Shown: positions 39,161-49,397, counted from the first letter of the stretch. The stretch: 64,000 nt of DNA from an uncultured Candidatus Sumerlaeota bacterium (GCA_964389675.1 CAYMEV010000010.1:62001-126000); one strand, 5' to 3'. The notes: generated from the sequence alone by a model not told the origin. A program made the numbers and translations.

Positions 39161-40581
39161 TATCTGTCCCTGTAAATTTTTACCAGATAAATAATTTTTT
39201 CCCTCAAATCATATATAAAATATATAAATGACATATATATTATCATGACAAGCATCCTGGAAACAAGCCCTTCAAGCTTTGTCCCGATGTAGAAAAGAAT
39301 GATCAGGATAATTATATTCAGTGCATTCTCCTTATAGTTTATATTTTTTATAATGAACCTGGGATGGCATATAAAAGAAATAATGCCCAGGGCCATATAG
39401 GACAGGAATGTTCCTATGCATGCTCCGGCAATTCCTATCCTTGGTACCAGGACCAGGTCAACTGCTGTATTTATTGCAAATGCTGATAAACCTGAATATA
39501 AAAGCAGTTTCTGCCTGTTCAATGATGTTAAGGAGATTGTATTGAGGTAATCCAGAAAAAGGAATAAACTGACCGGTATAAGCAGTAAAAAGCCTGGCTG
39601 GGCCTGTTCATAGCCCTTTCCATAGAGTATGCTTATTATCTCGCTGTGAAAGAGGAGATTGAATAATATAATGGTCGTTGCGCTAAAAAACAGGAGGTCA
39701 AATATCCTTTTATACATGTTCAGGTAATAGCCCTCGCTTTTCTTTGCTGCGAATGACATATGCGGGAAAAATGCATTGATAATTGATACAGGCACTATCT
39801 GAATAACCAGTATGATTTTATGAATACTGTAAAAAAGGCCTACTGGAGCATCCCCCATAAAATACTTGATTATGAAGATGTCAATCCTGAAGGTAAGCCC
39901 TATTATAAACGAGGCAACTGTGATAGGCAGGCATTCCCTGATAAGATACTTGAAATATTTTATGTTCCACCTGAATCTTGACCTGCCCAGATTTATCCTT
40001 ACAAATAATGAGAGAATTACAAACCTTATAAAATTTGATAAAAGGTATCCATAGAAAACAAATGTGATGTCCTTTTCTAAAAGCCATCCTGCCAGTATCC
40101 AGGCAAGAAAGAAAAATTTAGCCAGAGCATTGGTATAAGAATCATAAACAGCCTTATTCAATGTTATTAAGACAGATACATTCAGCAGGGTATACTGGAT
40201 AAATATCTCTGATATCATGCAGAGGAACATACTGGCCCTGATATCTGCCGGCTGGTCTGTATATAGCATTATCAGGCTGAACCCGACAATAAAAAGGACA
40301 AGCATACCTGTTTTCAGGCTTCTGATATTCTGAATTGATCTAAGCCTGTCTTCAGCTGTAGACAATTCCCTAATCGTTATTTTATCAAGTTCAAGGTTTA
40401 TAATTGGCTGTACTGCAAGAAATATGCTTATAATATATGCATATAAACCGAATCCCTCAGGATTCAGGAATCTGGCAAGTATTATTACAGATAAGATCCC
40501 GCCGAAGGTATCAATAAATTTTGATATAAATATAAATAATGAATTCTGAATAATGGAAAGCTTTGTATGATTGTCCATCAA
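39160..40581 (-). CDS. Wzx-type polysaccharide flippase
   Basis: ILARFLNPEGFG, RIDIFII....VGLFY, FFPHMS, LVPRIGIAGACI, with multiple TMs. Confidence 0.85.
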   Translation of the reverse strand: MMDNHTKLSIIQNSLFIFISKFIDTFGGILSVIILARFLNPEGFGLYAYIISIFLAVQPIINLELDKITIRELSTAEDRLRSIQNIRSLKTGMLVLFIVGFSLIMLYTDQPADIRASMFLCMISEIFIQYTLLNVSVLITLNKAVYDSYTNALAKFFFLAWILAGWLLEKDITFVFYGYLLSNFIRFVILSLFVRINLGRSRFRWNIKYFKYLIRECLPITVASFIIGLTFRIDIFIIKYFMGDAPVGLFYSIHKIILVIQIVPVSIINAFFPHMSFAAKKSEGYYLNMYKRIFDLLFFSATTIILFNLLFHSEIISILYGKGYEQAQPGFLLLIPVSLFLFLDYLNTISLTSLNRQKLLLYSGLSAFAINTAVDLVLVPRIGIAGACIGTFLSYMALGIISFICHPRFIIKNINYKENALNIIILIILFYIGTKLEGLVSRMLVMIIYMSFIYFIYDLREKIIYLVKIYRDR

Positions 40582-40720
40582 TATAACTACTAAATTTTGC
40601 TGATATTATCATATCTGCATTTTTATTAAAGATAAATTTCTTTACAATGCTGTAATTTTTTATAATATACATTTTTTAATTATTTGAGAATTCAAGTCAT
40701 TGTTATAAGAGGTTATTTCT

Positions 40721-41761
40721 ATGTTAAGCAAAAAACTTATTGAAGGGCTTATTAATTTCAGATCAAAAAAAATTGCAGTTTTTGGAGATATAATTCTGGA
40801 CAGGTATGTAAAAGGGGTTACAAAGAGAGTTTCCAGGGAAGCTCCTGTCCTTATACTTGAGAAGAAGGGGGAGGAATTTAACCTGGGAGGTGCCGGGAAT
40901 ACAATAAGAAACCTCAAGGACATGGGGGCCAGGGTATATCCTATCTCATTGATAGGAAAAGATAATTTCGGGGACAGGATAAAGAAGCTTCTTGAGAACA
41001 ATAATATTGACACCAAGTATGTATTCTTTTCCTCAAAGCGCAGTACTCCTATAAAGACAAGGTATTATGCAGGTGATAACCATACAAGAAAACAGCAGAT
41101 CCTTAGAGTGGATGAATCAAATGAGAATGAAATAACATCATCAGAATATGATCTGCTGATAAATGCCCTGAAAAGGGAAATTAGCAGTGATGTTGAAGGG
41201 CTTATAATATCAGATTACGGTGCCGGAAATGTAAATCAGAAGATCATTGAGGAACTGAACGATATTGGTTGTAAAAACAATATTTTTACTGGTGTTGACT
41301 CCAGATACAGTGCATTTTCTTTCAGGAATGTAAGCTTTATAAAGCCAAATGAGTCTGAGTTTTGTGATTATATTGGGCTTCGTAATCCGGCAGACCTGGA
41401 TCAGATATTTTCTGCAGGCAAAGACCTGCTGAGTAAGCTTGAAACTGATGTAATTCTGCTTACCCGGGGGAGTGAAGGCATGATACTTTTTGAACACGGG
41501 AAAGACCCCTTTGTTATCCCTGCTTATGGGACCAAGGATATACTGGATCAGACAGGGGCCGGCGACACTGTCATCAGCGTATTCATGATGGGAATTGCCA
41601 GCGGCCTTATGTACCGTGAATCAGCTGTTCTTGCAAATATAGCAGGCTCAATTGTTGTAATGAAGCCTAATGTCGCCACTGTTACTTTTGAAGAGCTGGA
41701 GAAACAGATCGTAAGCCCGGAATTTGCGAAATATCTGGAAGTAAATTTCAACGAGTCATGA
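40721..41761 (+). CDS. hldA: D-glycero-manno-heptose-7-phosphate kinase (RfaE/HldE domain I)
   Basis: GDIILDRY, RVSREAPV, GGAGN, SDYG.G, KPNE and D.TGAGDT. Confidence 0.88.
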   Translation: MLSKKLIEGLINFRSKKIAVFGDIILDRYVKGVTKRVSREAPVLILEKKGEEFNLGGAGNTIRNLKDMGARVYPISLIGKDNFGDRIKKLLENNNIDTKYVFFSSKRSTPIKTRYYAGDNHTRKQQILRVDESNENEITSSEYDLLINALKREISSDVEGLIISDYGAGNVNQKIIEELNDIGCKNNIFTGVDSRYSAFSFRNVSFIKPNESEFCDYIGLRNPADLDQIFSAGKDLLSKLETDVILLTRGSEGMILFEHGKDPFVIPAYGTKDILDQTGAGDTVISVFMMGIASGLMYRESAVLANIAGSIVVMKPNVATVTFEELEKQIVSPEFAKYLEVNFNES

Positions 41762-42237
41762 CCGTACATAAGCTTGTCTCATTAGAGGCACTTTCATCAA
41801 TCATAAATGAAGCAAGGCAGGCAGGCAGGAAAACCGTATTTGCAAACGGGTGCTTTGACCTTGTGCATATAGGGCATATCAGGTACCTTAAGGATGCTGC
41901 ATCATACGGGGATATTCTTATTGTTGCGATCAATTCAGACCAATCGGTAAGGCGCTTGAAGGGCAAGGACAGGCCAGTATTCAGCCAGCAGGAAAGGGCG
42001 GAGCTGCTCGCCAGCATTGACTGTGTGGATTATATAATTATTTTTGAAGAAGATGATGTCTCAAGGCTTCTTTTATCAATTAAGCCGGATTTTCATGCAA
42101 AGGGTACTGATTACACTGAGAATACTGTTCCTGAAAGAGATATTGTAGCATCTTATGGCGGCAAAGTTATCATAACAGGAGATAAAAAGACAAGGTCAAG
42201 CCGGGATCTGCTGAAATACTATAAAAATAACAGATAA
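41758..42237 (+). CDS. hldC: Heptose-1-phosphate adenylyltransferase (RfaE/HldE domain II)
   Basis: ANGCFDLVHIGH, NSDQSVRRLKG..RP and KGTDY. Confidence 0.9.
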   Translation: MTVHKLVSLEALSSIINEARQAGRKTVFANGCFDLVHIGHIRYLKDAASYGDILIVAINSDQSVRRLKGKDRPVFSQQERAELLASIDCVDYIIIFEEDDVSRLLLSIKPDFHAKGTDYTENTVPERDIVASYGGKVIITGDKKTRSSRDLLKYYKNNR

Positions 42238-42251
42238 AAATCTTTATACTT

Positions 42252-43286
42252 ATGTGCAAAATTCTAATAATCAAGCTAAGTTCTCTTGGCGATATAATTC
42301 ATACTTTTCCTGTGCCCTACCTGATAAAAAAGCATATCAGGAATGCAGAGATACACTGGATTACCGAGAAATCATACCATGAGCTGATATCCCTTAACGA
42401 ATATGTTGACAGGATACATGATATTGAGATCAGAGCGCTTAAGAAGAGTCCGGGGAATCTGTTCCGCGAGCTTGCAGTCCTGAAATCATTGAGAAAACTG
42501 GATTTTGACTACAGCCTGGATCTTCAGGGCAACATGAAAAGCGGTATAGTATCAAGGATCATTAATGCAGAAAAAAGGATAGGTTTTGAGAAAAAGGCAT
42601 GCCAGGAGCCTGTTAACAGCCTTTTCAATAATATGAAGGCGATAATACCTGAAAATAATATGCACATTGTAATTAAAAATTTAAAACAGCTTGAATTACT
42701 GAATATTGATGACACTGATATATTATTTCCTGTCAAATTCAGCCAGAAGATGGAAGAAGAAGCAAAAGCGCTTACGGGGAATCTTGCCTGCCTTGGCAGG
42801 CCAGTTATTGGAATATCTCTGTTCGCAGGTTTTAAGACAAAGACGATTCCTTTAAGCACATGGGAAAATACCATAGCTGGTATTCAAAGGTCATTCAAAA
42901 ATGCAAATATACTGCTTTTCTGGGGGCCTGGTGAATATGATGCTTTAAGGGTTTTTTATGATAATCTTGCTCAAGGAGTGAAAAAGAGTGTATTTATCCT
43001 GCCTCCGACAAGTATCCTTGAATCCTTCTATTTTATCAATTTGACTGATATTTTCATAGCATCTGATACAGGCCCTCTACATATTGCAGATGCGATGAAA
43101 AAAAAGGTCATCGGCATTTATACAAGCACATCACCTGATAGAAACGGGCCTTATTACAATATAAAAAATACAATAAAAAGCACTGTTCCGTGTTCTCCGT
43201 GCCGGAAGAGAAAATGCAGTGACCCGGTATGTGCGGATACGATAAGGAGTCAGGAAATCATCGATAAAATTTCAGGTTTATTATAA
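42252..43286 (+). CDS. waaC: LPS heptosyltransferase (GT9)
   Basis: IKLSSLGDIIH, DLQG..KS and DTGPLHIADA. Confidence 0.8.
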   Translation: MCKILIIKLSSLGDIIHTFPVPYLIKKHIRNAEIHWITEKSYHELISLNEYVDRIHDIEIRALKKSPGNLFRELAVLKSLRKLDFDYSLDLQGNMKSGIVSRIINAEKRIGFEKKACQEPVNSLFNNMKAIIPENNMHIVIKNLKQLELLNIDDTDILFPVKFSQKMEEEAKALTGNLACLGRPVIGISLFAGFKTKTIPLSTWENTIAGIQRSFKNANILLFWGPGEYDALRVFYDNLAQGVKKSVFILPPTSILESFYFINLTDIFIASDTGPLHIADAMKKKVIGIYTSTSPDRNGPYYNIKNTIKSTVPCSPCRKRKCSDPVCADTIRSQEIIDKISGLL

Positions 43287-43357
43287 TTTTCTTGTTTAAT
43301 GGCCTGATTTGGTTTAAATCTTTTTTATTAAGTTCAAATTAAAAGGAATGGTTCTAA

Positions 43358-44233
43358 ATGCACAATCTAATATCTAAAACAGGGAAAATAAGGGATAAAT
43401 TATTGATGAAGGCTGTGTTTTCATGTATATACCAGGTCAGAGCACTGGTTTTGCTTATGGCACTGATATTCTCATCAGTATCAATATTCGGGTCAAACAA
43501 TGCTTTCAGTACATATTCCGAATTAGCTGTCAGGGGGGAATTGCCGCAAAACCCGTTCGTCCTGGGTGAAGAGCTGGTTTATTCTATTTCATATATGGGT
43601 ATTTCAGGAGGGGAACTGAAGCTTCAGATCAAGGATGTTACTATATATGATGAGAGCCTCTGCTACATAATTACAGCATCTATAAAAAGCAATTCTACAT
43701 TCTCCCTGTTTTTCAAAGTTGATGATTATGTTGAATCTATTTACGATGTAATCGGCGGGTTTTCAAGAAGGTATTATATTAAGCAGGAAGAAGGAAAATA
43801 TGAGAATGAAAAAAGCATTCTTCTGGATTATCAGAATAATAAGGCGGGTTTTCATTCACAGGGCAAAGATGATAAGGAAGTTAAGATCGTTGAAAGGTAT
43901 CTTCAGGATTCACTTTCAGTTTTCTATGAAATCAGGAAAAGGGATTTTGAAAAGCAGGATCTTTATGAAATTGCTGTCATATCCGGAAAGAAGGAATACG
44001 ATCTCAAAGTTGAACTGCTTGGAAGGAAAAAGCTGAAGACTGCGATCGGCACCTATAATACATTTCATGTAAAGCCATTTTTGCTGAAAGAAGGGGAATT
44101 CAAAGACAAGGGAGACCTTGAAGTCTTTATTACTGATGACCACAGGAAAATACCAGTACTGATGACTCTGGAAGTTGTCTTTGGAAATGTCAGGGCTGAC
44201 CTGAAATCAGCCAGGATACCCAGTATTAATTAA
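43358..44233 (+). CDS. DUF3108-family exported protein
   Basis: F..GEELVY.ISYMG, FKVDD..ES, QDSLS..Y..R and ITDD.RKIPV. Confidence 0.75.
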   Translation: MHNLISKTGKIRDKLLMKAVFSCIYQVRALVLLMALIFSSVSIFGSNNAFSTYSELAVRGELPQNPFVLGEELVYSISYMGISGGELKLQIKDVTIYDESLCYIITASIKSNSTFSLFFKVDDYVESIYDVIGGFSRRYYIKQEEGKYENEKSILLDYQNNKAGFHSQGKDDKEVKIVERYLQDSLSVFYEIRKRDFEKQDLYEIAVISGKKEYDLKVELLGRKKLKTAIGTYNTFHVKPFLLKEGEFKDKGDLEVFITDDHRKIPVLMTLEVVFGNVRADLKSARIPSIN

Positions 44234-44267
44234 TTAATCTGCAATTAAATATCGGAGGATTGTATTA

Positions 44268-44735
44268 ATGGAAGATAATGATAATAAAACCAGGGAATAT
44301 GATATTACGAAAAATCCGCATTTCAATAAATTGCTTGAGATCCTTGCCTGTCCCAAATGCAAAGGGAAGATAGCCTATGAGCAGGATAACAGGAGATGGA
44401 TCTGCGTGGATTGTTCAAGGTATTATTTTATAGAGAATGGTGTACCCAATTTCCTTATAGATGAATCTGTTATAGTGGTTAAATCTCCCAAAACAGGTAA
44501 ACTGCTTGAGTTTGACAGCAAAAAGATGGAATACAGCAATAAAGATGGAGAGGTATTCAGGCTGGCTGATATAGAAAAGGTCCTGGATCTCAGGCTCAAG
44601 TGCCTGGAGGAGGGATGTGACGGCAGTCTTGCCATTGATAATGCAAAATTAGCATATATCTGCAATAAATGCAATACTGAGTATCCTGTTCCCAACGGAA
44701 TTACCAACTGCCTTAAAGAAAACGCATATTCATAG
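44268..44735 (+). CDS. Trm112/YcaR-like repeat protein
   Basis: LLEILACPKCKG...CVDC.RYY.IENGVP.FL.DE, followed by two further related units. Confidence 0.7.
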   Translation: MEDNDNKTREYDITKNPHFNKLLEILACPKCKGKIAYEQDNRRWICVDCSRYYFIENGVPNFLIDESVIVVKSPKTGKLLEFDSKKMEYSNKDGEVFRLADIEKVLDLRLKCLEEGCDGSLAIDNAKLAYICNKCNTEYPVPNGITNCLKENAYS

Positions 44736-44745
44736 AATAAACTGA

Positions 44746-45843
44746 TTGAAAAGAATAAGAGTACTGCATATTGATGATAAAAAAGGCTGGGCCGGCGGTC
44801 AGAGCCAGCTCTTTCTGCTATATACCAGGCAAAAGCAGGGTTCAGATATCACCCCTTTTCTGGCAGTCAGGAAAGATACACCTCTTTACGGCAGGCTGAA
44901 AGACAGCGATGGGATCTTTACTTTTAATCTGAATAATGAATTTGACCCATTTGCAGTCTATGGGCTTTACAGCATAATAAAAAAGACAAACCCCGATATA
45001 CTTCAGTGCCACACGCCGCACAGCATGTACCCGGCTTATCTTGCTGCAAAGATGTCCAGAAAGAAACCGAAGATTATTGTTGTCAGAAGAGTGGACAACC
45101 CTATCAGAAGTATCTACAAGTATAATATTACAGCTGACTGTATAGTCGCCGTGTCTGAAAATGTAGCAAAAATGATGGCTAAAAGCGGTTATAAAAAGGA
45201 AAATATCCGGATAATAAGAGATGCTGTCGATAAAGGCTATATTTTAAGAGAGGCTCAGCTGCAATCGGAGTATTTTGAAATTCACAGGAAAAATGACAAT
45301 ACAATTAATATCGGCTCTCTATCATCCCTTATTCGCCATAAAGGTATAGACATCCTCATTAAAGCCTTTTCCAGATTAGTAAAAGAGGAAAAGGAAACTC
45401 AGCTGATCATTGCAGGAGAGGGTGATCAGCATGGTATGCTTCTGCAGATGGCAAAGGATCTTAATATTGCTGAATATGTAAAATTCATAGGGTTTACAGA
45501 CAAACCTTACGGTTTCTTAAGCTTCCTGGATATGATAATCTTCCCTTCAAGAACAGAAGGGCTATGCTCAACAATACTGGACTCTCATGTTTTGAAAAAG
45601 AATATCATTGCTTCTGATTCAGGCGGTATCCCTGAGATAATAAGGCATGAAGAAAATGGCATACTTTTTAATTCCGGGGATGCAGATGACCTCTATTTTA
45701 AGATGAGGGACATGACAGCCGGAATAAGAAAAAATTTGCACGGGGATCATAAAAAAAATATAATCCTTCCAGAGTGGGCTGATATAAACAATAATCTTAA
45801 TCTTTATAATTCTCTTTATAAGAGGATGCTTAAAATAGACTGA
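44746..45843 (+). CDS. GT4 glycosyltransferase
   Basis: GWAGGQ, AVS, HKGID, FPSRTEGL and GGIPEII. Confidence 0.88.
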   Translation: MKRIRVLHIDDKKGWAGGQSQLFLLYTRQKQGSDITPFLAVRKDTPLYGRLKDSDGIFTFNLNNEFDPFAVYGLYSIIKKTNPDILQCHTPHSMYPAYLAAKMSRKKPKIIVVRRVDNPIRSIYKYNITADCIVAVSENVAKMMAKSGYKKENIRIIRDAVDKGYILREAQLQSEYFEIHRKNDNTINIGSLSSLIRHKGIDILIKAFSRLVKEEKETQLIIAGEGDQHGMLLQMAKDLNIAEYVKFIGFTDKPYGFLSFLDMIIFPSRTEGLCSTILDSHVLKKNIIASDSGGIPEIIRHEENGILFNSGDADDLYFKMRDMTAGIRKNLHGDHKKNIILPEWADINNNLNLYNSLYKRMLKID

Positions 45844-45851
45844 TATATAAT

Positions 45852-46994
45852 ATGTTATCAAAGGCTAATAAGAGTGATATGACCGGGGAAAAACAAATTA
45901 GAGTCCTTCATGTAGATGATAAAATGAACTGGGCAGGCGGGCAGAACCAGGTATACCTTTTATTCAAAAAACAGCTTTCCAGCAGCCATATATGCCCTTT
46001 CATAGCTGTAAGGGCTAAATCAGCGCTCTGGAGCAAGGCAGGTGAGCTGGGGAACCTTTTTGAATTCTCTTTATTAAATGAGTTTGACCCTTATGCAGTA
46101 TTCAAAATGCTCCGCATAATAAATAAAACCAGGCCTGATATTATACATTGCCATACGCCTCACAGCCTTATGATAGTATATTCCGCATCGAGATTGTCTG
46201 CAAAAAGGCCGAAGATTATTGCTATGAGACGGGTAGATAATCCTGTAAAATGCAGATTGAAATATACAATTGCATCTGACTGCATCGTTGCAATTTCAGA
46301 CAATATAAAAAAAGCACTTCTAAGCTCAGGTTTCAGGGATGAAAATATCCATGTCATCAAAAGCGCAGTAGATTGCAAAGAAGTGTCAAGGCTTGCCGAT
46401 ATTCAGAATGACAGCTTTAATAAATACAGCAGGCCGGGTACCATTAAGATAGGGTCAATCTCCTCACTCTATAAGCATAAGGGAATAGATATTCTGATCA
46501 GGGCTTTCGCCATGCTATGCAGTCAGGATGGCAGATATCAGCTTTTCATTGCAGGAGAGGGTGATCAGAAGGATTACCTTGTTTCGCTTGCAGCAGACCT
46601 GGGTATTTCAGAGCATGTGACCTTTATTGATTTTACTGAAGAACCCTATGGTTTTATTAAATTTCTGGATATAATAGTATTCCCTTCAAGAACAGAAGGC
46701 CTGGGGACTACAATTCTTGATTCTCTGATCATAAATACCCCCATTATTGCCTCACATGCCGGCGGGATTCCTGAAATAATCAGCGACAGAAAAAACGGCC
46801 TCCTATTTAAAGCAGGAGATTATAATGATTTATACCAGAAACTAAAAAAAATGACTGAATCTCCCGGCGTGATAGAAGACCTGAGGCAGAACAGCTCCAC
46901 GCACCTTCCGGAATGGATCGACATTGATAAAAATTCAGCAGAATATGAACTCCTCTATAAAAGGCTTCTGAACATTGAAGATGGTGGGAAATGA
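45852..46994 (+). CDS. GT4 glycosyltransferase (paralog of preceding gene)
   Basis: WAGGQ, HKGID, FPSRTEGLG and GGIPEII. Confidence 0.88.
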   Translation: MLSKANKSDMTGEKQIRVLHVDDKMNWAGGQNQVYLLFKKQLSSSHICPFIAVRAKSALWSKAGELGNLFEFSLLNEFDPYAVFKMLRIINKTRPDIIHCHTPHSLMIVYSASRLSAKRPKIIAMRRVDNPVKCRLKYTIASDCIVAISDNIKKALLSSGFRDENIHVIKSAVDCKEVSRLADIQNDSFNKYSRPGTIKIGSISSLYKHKGIDILIRAFAMLCSQDGRYQLFIAGEGDQKDYLVSLAADLGISEHVTFIDFTEEPYGFIKFLDIIVFPSRTEGLGTTILDSLIINTPIIASHAGGIPEIISDRKNGLLFKAGDYNDLYQKLKKMTESPGVIEDLRQNSSTHLPEWIDIDKNSAEYELLYKRLLNIEDGGK

Positions 46995-48412
46995 TGCATC
47001 AGAAGGAGATTATCCTGGGGGCATTCGGGGGAAGCAGAGAAAACAGATCATCAGTATCAGCATATCTCATAAAAACTGAAGCTCCCTATAAAAGGCTGGA
47101 AACTGATAATTCATTAATATTTTTCAGCAGGAGCATAAAGCTTAAGTACGGCAGGATAAATAAAAGTACCGACCTAATCATGATGGGGCGCTTTTTCCAG
47201 AAGAACCTGTTCCTGAGTTCACTTGAGATGGAATATGATGATCAGCCAGTCAAGGAAAGTGATCTTTCAATTCTATATAATCTTTTGAAATTTGATGAAT
47301 TTTCTCTCCTTCGTGATCTGCATGCAGAATTCTGCTCAATATGCGTAAATGATGATTCCATTGATCTAATATCTGACAGGAGGGCATCGATTCCTTTATT
47401 CTATACAAAATATTCTGGATCTATCTTTTTTTCGACATCCCCGTTCCCGCTTCTGAAACTTGCGGGCAAGCCTGCAATTGTGCCTGAAAAAAACCAGAAT
47501 GAAATAACGTTGTTCAATAATTTGATAGAGTCTGATGAGATTTTTGAAGGAGTGTATTTTGTAAATAAGGGGTCAGTCGCAAGATTTGATAAAAAAGGCA
47601 TTATGACCGAGCTCAACTATATCGGAAATTATGATGTAAGGGACAACACCAGCATTGATAAAGAGGAAGCAGCCTATGAGCTTGCCAGATTGACCGTAAG
47701 GTCACTTGAGATTATTACGCGTGAGACTGCTGAAATATCAGTGAAGATATTAGACCTTGAAAGCCTTCTGCTTTCATTCCTTTTGCCATTTGAGAGGCTA
47801 AAGCTGAGGGTCCTGCACGGAGATGACAGGCAAAGCGAAACTCTGGGAAAGCTGGCTCAATATTATAATGATGACATTAAAATTGAGAAAACAGAAAAGA
47901 TCAATGCACAATATATTCACAGCTGTGATGATGGAGAGGTCCTGTTCACAAGGTTTTACTCCTGCAGTCCCGGAAATTTGGAAAAGCATATTAATGACAT
48001 CAGGGATTATATCATTGAAAGAGAAGGGATAAAAGATAAAGGGGAATTGGATTCAGCTATAAGAGACCGTATTCTTGATAATGCCGACCAAAGCATATTT
48101 GAGAAGGCACTCTCCTGTCAAACCATGATCAGAAATCCGTTTCAGGAGCCATTCCTGAGGGATTTTCTAAGATCGCTCGACCCTTCAATAATAAACAACG
48201 GTTCTCTTTTTGACATAATGTCTGGCAGTAATCTGATAAAAAAGATTATAGGAAAAAGAACCATAAGCAGGCTGAGAAAAAGCTTTTATGACACATTCCC
48301 ATGGCAGGACGGCATATTAGATGATATTTCCTGTGCCCATAATGATATAGAATATGTCAGTTATTCAGCTGAAGATATTGCAGATGCAGAATTTCCCGAG
48401 ATTATTATCTGA
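46991..48412 (+). CDS. Degenerate asparagine synthase-like protein
   Basis: GATase-II-like segment SDRRASIPLFY....IFFST and a C-terminal RNPF...L..F. Catalytic motifs are missing. Confidence 0.45.
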   Translation: MMHQKEIILGAFGGSRENRSSVSAYLIKTEAPYKRLETDNSLIFFSRSIKLKYGRINKSTDLIMMGRFFQKNLFLSSLEMEYDDQPVKESDLSILYNLLKFDEFSLLRDLHAEFCSICVNDDSIDLISDRRASIPLFYTKYSGSIFFSTSPFPLLKLAGKPAIVPEKNQNEITLFNNLIESDEIFEGVYFVNKGSVARFDKKGIMTELNYIGNYDVRDNTSIDKEEAAYELARLTVRSLEIITRETAEISVKILDLESLLLSFLLPFERLKLRVLHGDDRQSETLGKLAQYYNDDIKIEKTEKINAQYIHSCDDGEVLFTRFYSCSPGNLEKHINDIRDYIIEREGIKDKGELDSAIRDRILDNADQSIFEKALSCQTMIRNPFQEPFLRDFLRSLDPSIINNGSLFDIMSGSNLIKKIIGKRTISRLRKSFYDTFPWQDGILDDISCAHNDIEYVSYSAEDIADAEFPEIII

Positions 48413-49397
48413 CCGTCAGCCAGTTATTGTCCCTGTACCATTCAATAGCTGCCTTCATTCCCTTATCTAATCCGACTTCCGGGTTGTAACCCAGCTTTCG
48501 CCTGGCTTTTGCAATATCAAAGTGCTGATTTTCCCTGAAAAAATCCAGCCTTCTTCTAAAAATTGGAGGCTCCATTTTGAAAAGCGGGAAAATATATTCT
48601 GCGCCAAGGGCAGCCAAATACATCAGCCAGTAGGGAAGCTTTATATCCTTTGTCTTCCTGCCAAGGTAATTTGATATAATATCTATTGTATCATTAATTG
48701 TATGGGGTTCCGGTCCAGCAATTATGAAAATATCGTTCCTGATTTCCGTTTTTTCCACTGAAAGAAGTATTGCTGAAAGAAGGTCGGATATATAGAGAGG
48801 ATGGATCATTGTCTGACAGCTCCCTATTTTCATGAACCACCTTTTTGAAACAGCCTTTATAAATTTAAGTACCCTTTTGTCGCCAGGCCCATAAACCCAT
48901 GACGGCCTTATGATAATATAGTCAATCCCTTTAGCAATGCAGAATTCCCTGACAATGAACTCTGATTCCTTTTTTGAAAGCTGATATGGATTGATAATTT
49001 TCCCATTATAATTCTCATCTGCAGGCATGGAATCAATCCTTCCCATAGCCCCTACACTGCTTATATATATAAACTTTTTAATCGAGGGGGCTTTCTCCCT
49101 GGCCCATTCCAGGACATTTATGGTACCGTTTACATTTGAATCAACCAGAGATGACTGCTTCTGATCCGGAGGATTGATAACACTTGCGCAGTGTATGAAA
49201 TGCTCAACTCCGGAAATGTCTGCTTTAGCCAGGCTGTTCTTATTTCTTATATCCCCGGTAAATAATCTTATCCTGCCATCAAGATGTTCTTTTCTGCTTG
49301 TTTCCCTTACCAGCCCTGAAACTGAATAATTTTCCCCTATAAGGTAATTAGCAAGATTCCCCCCTATGAAACCTGATACACCGGTTATGAATATCAT
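48405..49397 (-). CDS. NAD-dependent epimerase/dehydratase
   Basis: TGVSGFIG, YQLSK and RPSWVYGPGD. Confidence 0.9.
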   Translation of the reverse strand: MIFITGVSGFIGGNLANYLIGENYSVSGLVRETSRKEHLDGRIRLFTGDIRNKNSLAKADISGVEHFIHCASVINPPDQKQSSLVDSNVNGTINVLEWAREKAPSIKKFIYISSVGAMGRIDSMPADENYNGKIINPYQLSKKESEFIVREFCIAKGIDYIIIRPSWVYGPGDKRVLKFIKAVSKRWFMKIGSCQTMIHPLYISDLLSAILLSVEKTEIRNDIFIIAGPEPHTINDTIDIISNYLGRKTKDIKLPYWLMYLAALGAEYIFPLFKMEPPIFRRRLDFFRENQHFDIAKARRKLGYNPEVGLDKGMKAAIEWYRDNNWLTVR

